Below, piece by piece: positions 55,344-64,000 of a stretch of DNA of 64,000 bases. A program made the translations under genes and the position numbers. Positions within the stretch are counted from its first letter, which is position 1; each line of letters opens with the position of its first letter. Under the pieces are notes generated by a model, which made no database searches, had not been told where the DNA came from, and worked only from the letters and a program-made list of their open reading frames with translations. Source of the DNA: Falsiroseomonas sp. GTDB taxonomy: Bacteria; Pseudomonadota; Alphaproteobacteria; Acetobacterales; Acetobacteraceae. The stretch is from positions 61,439 to 125,438 of the forward strand of contig NZ_JAWLHG010000009.1 in the NCBI RefSeq assembly GCF_041690465.1, written 5' to 3'.

Positions 55344-56324
55344 ATGCGGGTTCTTGCGCTGGCAGGAAGGCGGCTAGCCGCCTCCCTACCTACGCTGCTG
55401 ATCATCCTGGTCGGCATGTTCCTGCTGCTGCAGCTTGCGCCGGGTGACACGGTGGATGCGCTGATCGCGCAGACGGGCGGCGGCGGCGATGCACGCGTCG
55501 CGGCGGAGCTGCGCGCCTTCTATGGGCTCGATCTCTCGGTCCCGGCGCAGCTCGGCAATTACCTCTGGCGCCTGGTGCGGCTCGACCTTGGCTTCTCGTC
55601 GATCTACGGCAAGCCGGTTTCGACGGTGATCCTGGAACGGCTGCCGGCGACGCTGCTGCTGATGACGGCGGCGCTTTCCTTCGCCTTCTTCGTCGGGCTG
55701 GTGCTGGGCGTGCTGGCGGCGCGGCGGGTGAATGGCTGGCCGGACACGCTGATCTCCACGCTCGGCCTGGTCTTCTATGCGACACCTTCCTTCTGGTTCG
55801 GGCTGATGGCGATCGTGCTGTTTGCCGTACACCTGGAATGGCTGCCGGCCGGCGGCTTCGAGGAGATCGGCGCCGGCTATACGGGTCTGCGCCGCGCGCT
55901 CGACATCGCGAAGCACCTTGTGCTGCCGACGCTGACCCTCGGGCTGATCTTCCTGGCGATCTACCTGCGCATCATGCGTGCCTCCATGCTGGAGGTGCTG
56001 AGCCTCGATTTCGTGCGCACCGCGCGCGCCAAGGGGCTGGACGAGACGCGGGTGGTGGTGCGTCACGTGCTGCGCAACGCACTGCTGCCGATGGTGACCC
56101 TGGTCGGGCTGCAGGCCGGCACCATGCTCGGCGGATCGGTGGTGGTGGAGAGCGTCTTCTCCCTGCCGGGGCTCGGGCGGCTTGCCTATGAATCCGTGGT
56201 GCAGCGGGATCTCAACACGCTGCTCGGCATCGTCTTCGTCTCCGCCATCCTGGTGATCAGCGTGAACTTTCTGGTGGACCTGCTCTATGCGCGGCTGGAT
56301 CCGCGGATCGGGGCGGGCCAGTGA
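55344..56324 (+). CDS. Opp/Dpp ABC permease (DppB-like)
   Basis: LAPGD, YGLDLS, ERLPATLLL and DFVRTARAKGL...HVLRNA. Confidence 0.94.
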   Translation: MRVLALAGRRLAASLPTLLIILVGMFLLLQLAPGDTVDALIAQTGGGGDARVAAELRAFYGLDLSVPAQLGNYLWRLVRLDLGFSSIYGKPVSTVILERLPATLLLMTAALSFAFFVGLVLGVLAARRVNGWPDTLISTLGLVFYATPSFWFGLMAIVLFAVHLEWLPAGGFEEIGAGYTGLRRALDIAKHLVLPTLTLGLIFLAIYLRIMRASMLEVLSLDFVRTARAKGLDETRVVVRHVLRNALLPMVTLVGLQAGTMLGGSVVVESVFSLPGLGRLAYESVVQRDLNTLLGIVFVSAILVISVNFLVDLLYARLDPRIGAGQ

Positions 56325-57154
56325 GGCGGACCCTTTTCGCCTATCTGCGCAGCCCTTCTGCGATCCTCGGGCTGCTTCTGCTGCTGGCGGTGATCGGCAT
56401 GGCTTTGACCGCCGACTGGTTCTTCCCGCGCGATCCGCTCTCGCTCGCCGGGCGGCCGCTGCAATGGCCAGGCGCAAGCCCGCGCTTTCCGCTGGGAACC
56501 GACAATTCCGGGCGCGACATCGCGGCGCAGATCTTCCACGGCGCGCGGATCTCGCTGCTGATCGGGGTGGTCGCCACCTCCATCGCCATCGCGGTCGGCA
56601 TCGTGGTGGGCGCGCTGGCCGGCTATCATGGCGGCTGGGTGGACGACGTGCTGATGCGTGTCACCGAGGCCTTCCAGACGCTGCCCAATTTCCTGCTGCT
56701 GCTCGTCTTCGTCGCCGTCTTCGGCTCCGACATCATGACCGTCACCGTCGCCATCGGCGCCGTCTCCTGGCCTGCGCCGGCGCGGCTGACCCGGGCGGAA
56801 TTCCTCAGCCTGCGCAACAGGGAGTTCGTCCAGGCATGCCGCACGCTGGGGATGGGCGACGGGCGGATCATCTTCCGCGAGGTGCTGCCCAACGCGCTGC
56901 CGCCGGTGATCGTCTATGCCTCGGTCGTCATGGCGGTGGCGATCCTGCTGGAGAGCGCGCTGGCCTTCCTGCGCCTGTCCGATCCGAACGTCGCCTCCTG
57001 GGGCAACCTGATCGGGCTGGGGCGCGACGTGCTGCGCGCGCAATGGTACGTCTCCGCCATCCCGGGTGTCGCGATCCTCGTCACTGTGCTGGCGGTGTCG
57101 CTGGTCGGGCAGGGGCTGAACGACGCGCTGAACCCCAGGCTGCGCGGCCGATGA
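56321..57154 (+). CDS. Opp/Dpp ABC permease (DppC-like)
   Basis: FPLGTDNSGRD, GARISL, LMRVTE.FQTLP, LPNALPP and SWG; GTGA overlap. Confidence 0.94.
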   Translation: MRRTLFAYLRSPSAILGLLLLLAVIGMALTADWFFPRDPLSLAGRPLQWPGASPRFPLGTDNSGRDIAAQIFHGARISLLIGVVATSIAIAVGIVVGALAGYHGGWVDDVLMRVTEAFQTLPNFLLLLVFVAVFGSDIMTVTVAIGAVSWPAPARLTRAEFLSLRNREFVQACRTLGMGDGRIIFREVLPNALPPVIVYASVVMAVAILLESALAFLRLSDPNVASWGNLIGLGRDVLRAQWYVSAIPGVAILVTVLAVSLVGQGLNDALNPRLRGR

Positions 57155-58767
57155 GCGCGGTGCTGACGCTGGAGGGCCTGACCGTCGCGCTGCCGAAGGG
57201 CGCCGACCGGCCGCATGCGCTGAAGGATGTCTCGCTCACCCTGAATGCCAACGAGATCCTCTGCGTGGTCGGCGAATCGGGCTCCGGCAAGTCCATGACG
57301 GCCAGCGCCATCATGCGCCTGCTGCCGCACGGCGTGCGCATCGAGGGGGGCGCGATCCGCTTCGAGGGTCGTGACCTCGCCACGGTTGATGAGCGCACCA
57401 TGCGGGCGATCCGTGGTGCCGGCATCGCCATGGTGTTCCAGGAGCCGATGACGGCGCTGAACCCGCTGCACACCGTTGGCGACCAGATCGGCGAGATGTT
57501 CCGCATCCATGGCGGCGTGCCCGCACGGGAAGTCGCCGCCCGCACGCTCGCGCTGCTGGAAGAGGTGCGGATTCCCGATCCGGCGCAGGCGGCGCGCGCC
57601 TATCCGCACGAGCTGTCCGGCGGCCAGCGCCAGCGCGCGATGATCGCCATGGCGCTGGCGCTCGATCCCAGGGTGCTGATCGCCGACGAGCCGACGACGG
57701 CGCTGGACGTGACCACCCAGGCGCAGATCCTGCACCTGATCCGTGAGCTCCAGCGCCGCAAGGGCACCGCCGTGCTGTTCATCACCCATGATTTCGGCGT
57801 GGTGGCGGAAATCGCGGACCGCGTGGCGGTGATGCAGCATGGCCTGGTGGTGGAGCAGGGGCCGGCGGAGAAGGTGCTGAACGCGCCGGCGCATCCCTAC
57901 ACGCGCGCCCTCGTCGCCGCGGTGCCGCCACTCGCCGCACCGCCACCACGTCCCATCGCGGCGGAGCCGATCCTCGTGATGGAGGATGTGCGCAAGACCT
58001 ACCGCACCGGCGGCTTCCTCGGCCGTGGCAGCCGCGTGACGCATGCGGTGCGCGGCGTCTCGCTGACCTTGCCGCGGGGTGCGACGCTCGGCGTGGTGGG
58101 GGAGTCGGGCTCCGGGAAGTCGACGCTCGCGCGCTGCATCGTGCGGCTGATCGAGCCCGACGGCGGCGCCATCCGGCTGGGCGGGAAGGACCTGCTCGGC
58201 CTGCGCCGGCGGGAGATGCGCGCGGCGGCGCGGCGGGTGCAGATGGTGTTCCAGGACCCCTTCGGCTCGCTCAACCCGCGCCGCCGCGCGGGCGAGCTGG
58301 TGGCGCAGGGGCCGATCGTGCACGGCGCGAACCCGGCCGCCGCCATGGCGCGGGCGAAGGAGCTGTTCGCGCTGGTCGGCCTAGACCCCGCCTCCACCGA
58401 CCGCTTCCCGCACGAATTCAGTGGCGGGCAGCGCCAGCGCATCGGCCTGGCACGCGCGTTGGCGCTGGAGCCGGAGGTGCTGGTGGCGGATGAGCCGGTG
58501 TCTGCCCTCGACGTCTCGGTGCAGGCGCAGGTGCTGCGACTACTGGCGGAGCTGCGGGAGCGGCTCGGCCTGTCCATTGTGTTCATCACCCACGATCTCC
58601 GCGTCGCCGCACAGGTCTGCGATCTTGTCGCGGTGATGAAGGATGGCGAGGTGGTGGAGCACGGCCCGATCGGCGCGGTGTTCAACAGCCCGCAGCATGC
58701 CTACACGCAGGCATTGCTGGCCTCGGTTCCCGGTCGGCATTTCGCGCTGGCGGCGCAGGAAGCCTGA
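57151..58767 (+). CDS. Fused dual-NBD Opp/Dpp ABC ATPase
   Basis: Two Walker A motifs (GESGSGKS x2), two signatures ([24 protein letters not shown]) and two ADEP motifs. Confidence 0.95.
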   Translation: MSAVLTLEGLTVALPKGADRPHALKDVSLTLNANEILCVVGESGSGKSMTASAIMRLLPHGVRIEGGAIRFEGRDLATVDERTMRAIRGAGIAMVFQEPMTALNPLHTVGDQIGEMFRIHGGVPAREVAARTLALLEEVRIPDPAQAARAYPHELSGGQRQRAMIAMALALDPRVLIADEPTTALDVTTQAQILHLIRELQRRKGTAVLFITHDFGVVAEIADRVAVMQHGLVVEQGPAEKVLNAPAHPYTRALVAAVPPLAAPPPRPIAAEPILVMEDVRKTYRTGGFLGRGSRVTHAVRGVSLTLPRGATLGVVGESGSGKSTLARCIVRLIEPDGGAIRLGGKDLLGLRRREMRAAARRVQMVFQDPFGSLNPRRRAGELVAQGPIVHGANPAAAMARAKELFALVGLDPASTDRFPHEFSGGQRQRIGLARALALEPEVLVADEPVSALDVSVQAQVLRLLAELRERLGLSIVFITHDLRVAAQVCDLVAVMKDGEVVEHGPIGAVFNSPQHAYTQALLASVPGRHFALAAQEA

Positions 58768-58773
58768 CGGCGT

Positions 58774-59763
58774 TCAGGCCAGATGGCAGGCGGCCAGCAC
58801 ACCGTCGCCGACCGGCCGCAGCGGCGGATCCTCCTCGGCGCAGCGCGGCACGGCGACCGGGCAGCGGTCCCGGAAGCGGCAGCCGGAAGGCGGCGTGCGC
58901 GCATCCGGGACATTGCCCTTGATCGGCAGCGGATCGCGCGGCTGATCCACGCGCGGCAGCGGCACGGCGCGGACCAGCGCGCGCGTGTAGGGGTGGCGCG
59001 GGTGGCGCACCACCTCCTCTGTTGGCCCCTCCTCCACGATGCGGCCGAGATACATCACCAGCGTGCGGTCACAGACATAGCGCACCAGCGCCAGGTCGTG
59101 GCTGATGTAGAGCGCCGCGACGCCGAGCGTCTCGCGCGCCTCCCGCATCAGGTTGAGGATGCCGGCCCGGACCGAGACATCCAGCATCGAGACGGGCTCG
59201 TCGGCGACCAGGAAGCTCGGCTCCAGGATGAGCGCGCGGGCCAGCACCACGCGCTGCAGCTGCCCGCCCGAGAGCTCGTGCGGGAAACGCGGCAGGTAGC
59301 CCTCGGCCGCGCCGAGCCGGACCCGGCGCATCGCCAGCGCGACGCGGTCATCCCACTCGGCGCGCGGGATGCGCATATTGCGCAGCGGCTCCACCAGGCT
59401 GTCGCGGATGGTCAGGCGCGGGTTGAGGGCGTCGAAGGGGTTCTGGAACACCAGCTGCGCCTGGCGGCGGAAGCCGCGCATCCCCTCGCGATCGAGCTGC
59501 GCGATGTCCTGGCCGCGGAAGGTAATGCTGCCGGCGCTCGGCTCCAGCAGGCGCAGCAGCAGGCGGGCGGTGGTGGTCTTGCCGCAGCCGGACTCGCCGA
59601 CGATTGCCGCCGTCTCGCGCGGCGCGAGGCGTAGCGAGACGCCGTCCACCGCGCGCACCATCGGCCGGCGGCCGGCCAGCGCATCGGCCAGGCTGCGCGG
59701 CACGGCGAAGTGTCGCGCGAGGTTGCTCGCTTCGACCAGGACCGTGCCGTCTAGCGGCGCCAT
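58774..59763 (-). CDS. Opp/Dpp ABC ATPase (DppF-like)
   Basis: [31 protein letters not shown] and PPSGCRFRDRC. Confidence 0.95.
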   Translation of the reverse strand: MAPLDGTVLVEASNLARHFAVPRSLADALAGRRPMVRAVDGVSLRLAPRETAAIVGESGCGKTTTARLLLRLLEPSAGSITFRGQDIAQLDREGMRGFRRQAQLVFQNPFDALNPRLTIRDSLVEPLRNMRIPRAEWDDRVALAMRRVRLGAAEGYLPRFPHELSGGQLQRVVLARALILEPSFLVADEPVSMLDVSVRAGILNLMREARETLGVAALYISHDLALVRYVCDRTLVMYLGRIVEEGPTEEVVRHPRHPYTRALVRAVPLPRVDQPRDPLPIKGNVPDARTPPSGCRFRDRCPVAVPRCAEEDPPLRPVGDGVLAACHLA

Positions 59764-60758
59764 GTCGCGGCCTCCGCAGCCTGTATGCGCAGCGCCGGCG
59801 CCTCCTCCGCGCGCCAGCAGGCGGCGGCGTGGTCTTCTCCATCGGTCAGCAGCGGCGGCTCCGACGCGGTGCAGCGCGGCTGCGCGAAGGGGCAGCGCGG
59901 GGCGAACCGGCAGCCGCGTGGCGGGTCGAGCAGCGAGGGCGGGCTGCCTTCGATCGGCACCAACTCGCCAGCGGCGCTCTCGAGGTCGGGGAAGGCGTTG
60001 GTGAGGCCCATCGTGTAGGGGTGGCGCGGGCGCTCCAGCACCTCGGCGACGCGACCGGTCTCGACGACGCGGCCGGCATACATCACCACCACCCGGTCGC
60101 AGGCATAGGCGACGACACTGATGTCGTGCGTAACCAGCACAACGGAAAGGTGCATCCGCGCCTGCAACGCCTTCAGCACGTCGAGCACCTGGCGCTGCAC
60201 GATGACGTCGAGCGCGGTCACTGGCTCGTCGGCTAGCACCAGCTTCGGCTCCAGCGCCAGCGCGATGGCAATGGAGGCGCGCTGCTTCATCCCGCCGGAG
60301 AACTGGTGCGGATAGTCGTCCAGCCGACGCGCATCGATGCCGACCAGCCCGAAGAGCTCCGCGGCGCGGGCGCGGGCCACGGTGCGGCTGCGGCCGCCGC
60401 GCTCCACCAGCACCTCCTCGATCTGGCGGCCAACGCGATAGACGGGATCGAGCGCGCTCATCGCCGTCTGCGGGATGAAGGCCATCTCGCGCCAGCGCAA
60501 CGCGCGCCGCTCGCGCTCCGAAAGGCGGATCAGGTCGCGGCCCTCGAACAGCACGGGGCCGCCGAGGATCTCCGCGCTGCGCGGCACCACGCCCATCACG
60601 GCACGCGCGACGGTGGTCTTGCCGCAGCCGGACTCGCCGACCAGCCCGACCACCTCGCCGCGCGGCACGGCGAAGCTGGCTGCATCCACCGCGCGCACCG
60701 GCCCCTGCGGCGTGCGGTAGGACACGGTTAGATCACGGATGTCGAGCAGCGGCTCCAT
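59751..60758 (-). CDS. Opp/Dpp ABC ATPase (DppD-like)
   Basis: GESGCGKT, YPHQFSGGMKQR, ADEPVTALDV and PPRGCRFAPRC. Confidence 0.95.
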   Translation of the reverse strand: MEPLLDIRDLTVSYRTPQGPVRAVDAASFAVPRGEVVGLVGESGCGKTTVARAVMGVVPRSAEILGGPVLFEGRDLIRLSERERRALRWREMAFIPQTAMSALDPVYRVGRQIEEVLVERGGRSRTVARARAAELFGLVGIDARRLDDYPHQFSGGMKQRASIAIALALEPKLVLADEPVTALDVIVQRQVLDVLKALQARMHLSVVLVTHDISVVAYACDRVVVMYAGRVVETGRVAEVLERPRHPYTMGLTNAFPDLESAAGELVPIEGSPPSLLDPPRGCRFAPRCPFAQPRCTASEPPLLTDGEDHAAACWRAEEAPALRIQAAEAATWRR

Positions 60759-60761
60759 GGC

Positions 60762-61688
60762 TCAGGACCGCAGCCGGGGGAACAGGATCTCCTCGTAGCC
60801 GCGGCTTATGAAGAAGCCGGCGAGCACGACCAGGACAATGCAGATTCCGGGCGGGATGAACCAGTAGTAGGCACCGCGGCCCATCGCCTGGTTGGCATAG
60901 GCATCCTGCAGCATGCCGCCCCAGGAGATCACCGTGGGATCGCCGAAGCCGAGGAAGGAGGCGGAGGCCTCTGTCAGGATCGCCCAGCCCACTGCGATCG
61001 AGCCGTAGAGGAAGGAAAGCGGCAGGATTGAGGGTGCGACATGCACGAAGAGGATGCGTGCCGTCGAGCAGCCGGTGATGCGCGCGGCCTCGACGAAGCT
61101 ACGTTCACGCACCGTCAGCACCTGACTGCGGATCACGCGCGCGGTGTTCGGCCAGAGCAGCACCGCGACCGCGAAGACGATGGTGCCGGTGCCGGGCCGG
61201 GTCAGTGCGGCGAGAACGATGACGAAGGGCAGGAAGGGCAGGCCGAGCACCACATCGGCAAGGCGCATGACGATGGTGTCCACCCAGCCCCGGAAGTAGC
61301 CCGAGACGAGGCCGAGCAGCGTGCCGATCGCCGCAACGCAGACGGCGGCGGAGAGTCCGACGATGACCGCGCTGCGTGTGCCATGGACCAGCTGCGAGAA
61401 GATATCGCGGCCGCCATGCGTCGTGCCCAGCAGGTGGTCCCAGGAGGGCGGCAGGTTGCGGGCGATGCGGTAGCGGCCAGTGTAGAGGATCTCGCCCGGG
61501 TCGTGCGTCGCGATCTGGTCCGCGAAGATCGCGGTCAGCACCAGCGCCAGGTAGATCAGCGTGCCGACCAGGGCGAAGCGGTCGCGCGCGGCAATGCCGG
61601 CGACGCGTGCCACAGGGCGCAGCGCGCCACGCCAACCGAGCGTCGGCGCCACTGGCAAGCCGATGCGTTCGTCAGCCCTTGCGTCCAT
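60762..61688 (-). CDS. Opp/Dpp ABC permease (DppC-like)
   Basis: HLLGTTHGGRDIFSQLVHG, SGYFRGWVD, RSQVL..RER.FVEAAR and SFLGFGDP..ISWG. Start 61688 or 61715. Confidence 0.93.
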   Translation of the reverse strand: MDARADERIGLPVAPTLGWRGALRPVARVAGIAARDRFALVGTLIYLALVLTAIFADQIATHDPGEILYTGRYRIARNLPPSWDHLLGTTHGGRDIFSQLVHGTRSAVIVGLSAAVCVAAIGTLLGLVSGYFRGWVDTIVMRLADVVLGLPFLPFVIVLAALTRPGTGTIVFAVAVLLWPNTARVIRSQVLTVRERSFVEAARITGCSTARILFVHVAPSILPLSFLYGSIAVGWAILTEASASFLGFGDPTVISWGGMLQDAYANQAMGRGAYYWFIPPGICIVLVVLAGFFISRGYEEILFPRLRS

Positions 61689-62649
61689 GCGACACCCGCG
61701 GATCGAGCCAGCCATAGAGCAGGTCGGCGATCAGGTTCATCAGCACCAGCACCGCGGCGATGATCAGGAAGGCGCCCTGCGCCAGCGGATAGTCCGACCC
61801 CTGCACCGCCGTGACCAGTGTGCGCCCGAGCCCGGGCCAGGAGAACACCGTCTCGATCACCACATTGCCGCCGACCGAGCCGCCGACGCCAAGCGCGAAG
61901 GCGGTGGCCACCGGCAACAGTGCGTTACGCGCCGCGTGGCGGATCACGATGGTCCATTCCGAAAGGCCCTTCATGCGGGCCATGGTGACGAACTCGTCCT
62001 GCATCACCTCCAGCATGGTGGAACGCATCAACAGCAGCGGCAGGCCCTGCAGATAGACGGCCAGCGCGATCGCCGGCAGCGCCAGGTGATGCAGGAAGTC
62101 GAGGCTGAGGAAACGCTCGATCTCCGAGCCGTATTCGGCGCCGGCGCTCGCTGCGCCGCCGGAGGGGAACCAGCCATAGCCGAAGGCGAAGATCGTCAGC
62201 AGGATCATGCCGAGCCAGAATTCCGGCGCGGCGCGCGTGGCCAGCACCAGCGGGATGGCGATGCCTTCCGCCACGCTGCCGCGCTTCCAGGCCAGGAAGG
62301 CGCCGGCGACCACGCCGAAGGCGTAGGCGACGAGCAGGGCCGACAGGGTGAGGACCAGCGTGTTGGGCAGCGCCTCAAGCACCAGCTCCAGCACCGGCCG
62401 GCCCTGCAGGAAGCTCGATCCCAGCTCACCCTGCAGCAGGTTGCGCAGGTAGATCAGGTACTGCACGTGCAGCGGCTGGTCGAGACCGAAGGCGACCAGC
62501 ATGGACTGCCGCTGCTCCTCTGTCATCGACGTATCGATGTAGTTGAGCGTGGGGTCGCCCGGCATCAGCCGGAACATCAGGAAGCACAGCGTCGCCACCA
62601 CCCAGAGGACGAAGGCCGCCTGGACCAGCCGCTGCCCGAGATATCCCAC
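61672..62649 (-). CDS. Opp/Dpp ABC permease (DppB-like)
   Basis: MPGDP, FGLDQPL..QY, GELGSS, ALPNTLVL and EFVTMARMKGL...HAARNA. Confidence 0.94.
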   Translation of the reverse strand: MGYLGQRLVQAAFVLWVVATLCFLMFRLMPGDPTLNYIDTSMTEEQRQSMLVAFGLDQPLHVQYLIYLRNLLQGELGSSFLQGRPVLELVLEALPNTLVLTLSALLVAYAFGVVAGAFLAWKRGSVAEGIAIPLVLATRAAPEFWLGMILLTIFAFGYGWFPSGGAASAGAEYGSEIERFLSLDFLHHLALPAIALAVYLQGLPLLLMRSTMLEVMQDEFVTMARMKGLSEWTIVIRHAARNALLPVATAFALGVGGSVGGNVVIETVFSWPGLGRTLVTAVQGSDYPLAQGAFLIIAAVLVLMNLIADLLYGWLDPRVSHGRKG

Positions 62650-62667
62650 GCGCCTGGCCGTGCCGCT

Positions 62668-63999
62668 TCAGTTCGGCGTCGTCTGCTCGCGCACGCCCGC
62701 GGGATAGTGCAGCCGCCCGTTCACGACGCGGTAGCCGGCCTCCTGCAGGATCCGTTGCGCAGTCTCAAGGCCGGTCGGCAGCATCTCGACGATACCCTCG
62801 CGGTGCCAGAAGGGCAGCGCGGGGGAGACGTGGCTGTTCGCGGGCTCCGCATAGCCGTTCCAGGCGGCGCCGGCCATCAGCTCGCGGTTCACCGCGGCCG
62901 ACAGGGCGCGGCGGAAGGCTGGGTCGTTGAAGGGCGGGCGGCGATGGTTCCAGCCGAGGAACTGGAATCCGACATCCACTGCCTCGGACATCACGATGTT
63001 TCGGTTGCGCTGGGTGAGCTGCTTCACCAAGTCGGCATCGCCGGTGTAGTCAGCGAGAAAGTTGATCTCGCCGCGGTTCAGCATCCCGAGCGTCGCCTCG
63101 ACATTCTGCACGATGCGCAGGATCCAGCGATCGATCTTCGGCGGCGACCAGTGCTGGGCGTTCTTCTCCAGCACCACCTCCTCGTTCAGGCGGGCACGCG
63201 TGACCTTGAACGGACCTGAGCCGATCGGGCGTTCCACCACGAAGCGCTCGATATTCTCAGGGCGGTTCTCATAGTCGCGCAGCACCGGCTCCCAGAAGGC
63301 CTTCGGGATGATGTTGAGCTTGGCGAAGCAGGAGGTGAGGAAGCCCGCATCGGCGCGGTTGAGCGCGACCCGGAAGCTGCGCTCGCCGGTCTTCTCGACA
63401 TTGGCGATATTCAGGACGAAGGGGCGATACATCGGCGCTTCACGGCCGGTTGCCGGTGCCTGCAGGCTGAAGATGCAGTCCTCCACGGTGACCGGGGCGC
63501 CGTCGTGGAACTGCATGCCCTGGCGGATGGTCACGTCGATGGTGGTGGGATTCGCATAGGTGACGCTCTCCGCCGCCCAGGGGCGCGGCAGGCCATCGGG
63601 GCCAATCCGCATCAGCCGATCCCACACCAGCTCGGTCACCCAGGAATCGGTCGCGCCGCTGATCCATAGCGGGTGGATCGCCTGCAGCGGCTCCGAGGCA
63701 TTCAGAACCAGGTCACGGCGGTTGCCGACCGGCTCCACGCCGAGATAGGTCCAGATATTCCTCAGACCGAGGCCGGCCTGGGAGACCAGCGTGCCCTCCT
63801 TCAGCTGCGTCTTGTTGAAAGCATGCACCTGCAGCGGGTGGACGAGGAAGAGGTAGGGCTGGGCTGCGTTCACACGCTCCTGCGCTTGGTGGATCAGGGC
63901 ACGGCGACGGTCCCGGTCGGTTTCCGCGCGCTGCGCCTCGGCGATGCGGTCGTATTCCTGGTCGGTCCAGCCAACGAAGTTGAAGCCGGTGGGAGCCGT
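62668..63999 (-). CDS. Family 5 ABC substrate-binding protein, 5'-truncated by the window edge, apparently circularly permuted
   Basis: Frame is open from 63999 (TAPTGFNFVGWTDQEYDRIAEAQRAETDRDRRRALIHQAQE...). It contains PWAAES, IRQGMQFHDG, GSGPFK and PPFNDPAFRRALS, in a non-canonical order. Confidence 0.88.
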   Translation of the reverse strand, partial: TAPTGFNFVGWTDQEYDRIAEAQRAETDRDRRRALIHQAQERVNAAQPYLFLVHPLQVHAFNKTQLKEGTLVSQAGLGLRNIWTYLGVEPVGNRRDLVLNASEPLQAIHPLWISGATDSWVTELVWDRLMRIGPDGLPRPWAAESVTYANPTTIDVTIRQGMQFHDGAPVTVEDCIFSLQAPATGREAPMYRPFVLNIANVEKTGERSFRVALNRADAGFLTSCFAKLNIIPKAFWEPVLRDYENRPENIERFVVERPIGSGPFKVTRARLNEEVVLEKNAQHWSPPKIDRWILRIVQNVEATLGMLNRGEINFLADYTGDADLVKQLTQRNRNIVMSEAVDVGFQFLGWNHRRPPFNDPAFRRALSAAVNRELMAGAAWNGYAEPANSHVSPALPFWHREGIVEMLPTGLETAQRILQEAGYRVVNGRLHYPAGVREQTTPN

Positions 64000-64000
64000 G

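Noticed and set aside
1-64000. rRNA, tRNA, IS/transposase, prophage, toxin-antitoxin and defence genes
   Set aside because: No recognisable motifs were seen, and nearly all of the sequence is accounted for by the CDSs listed. No Hcp, VgrG or PAAR gene or clear effector-immunity pair is in the window.

Overview
Very GC-rich bacterial DNA, fully packed with genes. Gene content and style suggest an alphaproteobacterium of the Roseomonas/Acetobacteraceae type (inference). (1) 1-8.6 kb is the distal end of a type VI secretion locus (tssC-tagJ-tssE-tssF-tssG). It continues directly into a translationally coupled SAM methyltransferase, a secreted OmpA-domain protein and a membrane-anchored HExxH protein. 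(2) 8.7-15.9 kb holds a two-Cys ArsR regulator, a flavin reductase/ABC/luciferase-like monooxygenase operon, a LysR regulator and a creatinase-like M24 hydrolase. (3) 15.8-32.3 kb is an aromatic/organic-acid catabolic island: MarR, pcaGH, an internally duplicated glucarate-dehydratase-like protein, an HMG-CoA-lyase-like enzyme, CoA transferase, hydratase, two kinds of CoA ligase, a hydrolase, a DHDPS-like protein lacking the Schiff-base Lys, and an MFS transporter. Its promoters share a GTTGA-N5-TCAAC operator. (4) 32.3-45 kb is a probable cyclic-amide/N-heterocycle catabolic cluster with GntR and hydantoinase A/B. (5) 45.4-64 kb has three Opp/Dpp-type ABC systems; the last binding protein looks circularly permuted. 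I saw no rRNA, tRNA, CRISPR array or mobile element. All product names come from motif recognition by eye; no database search was run.
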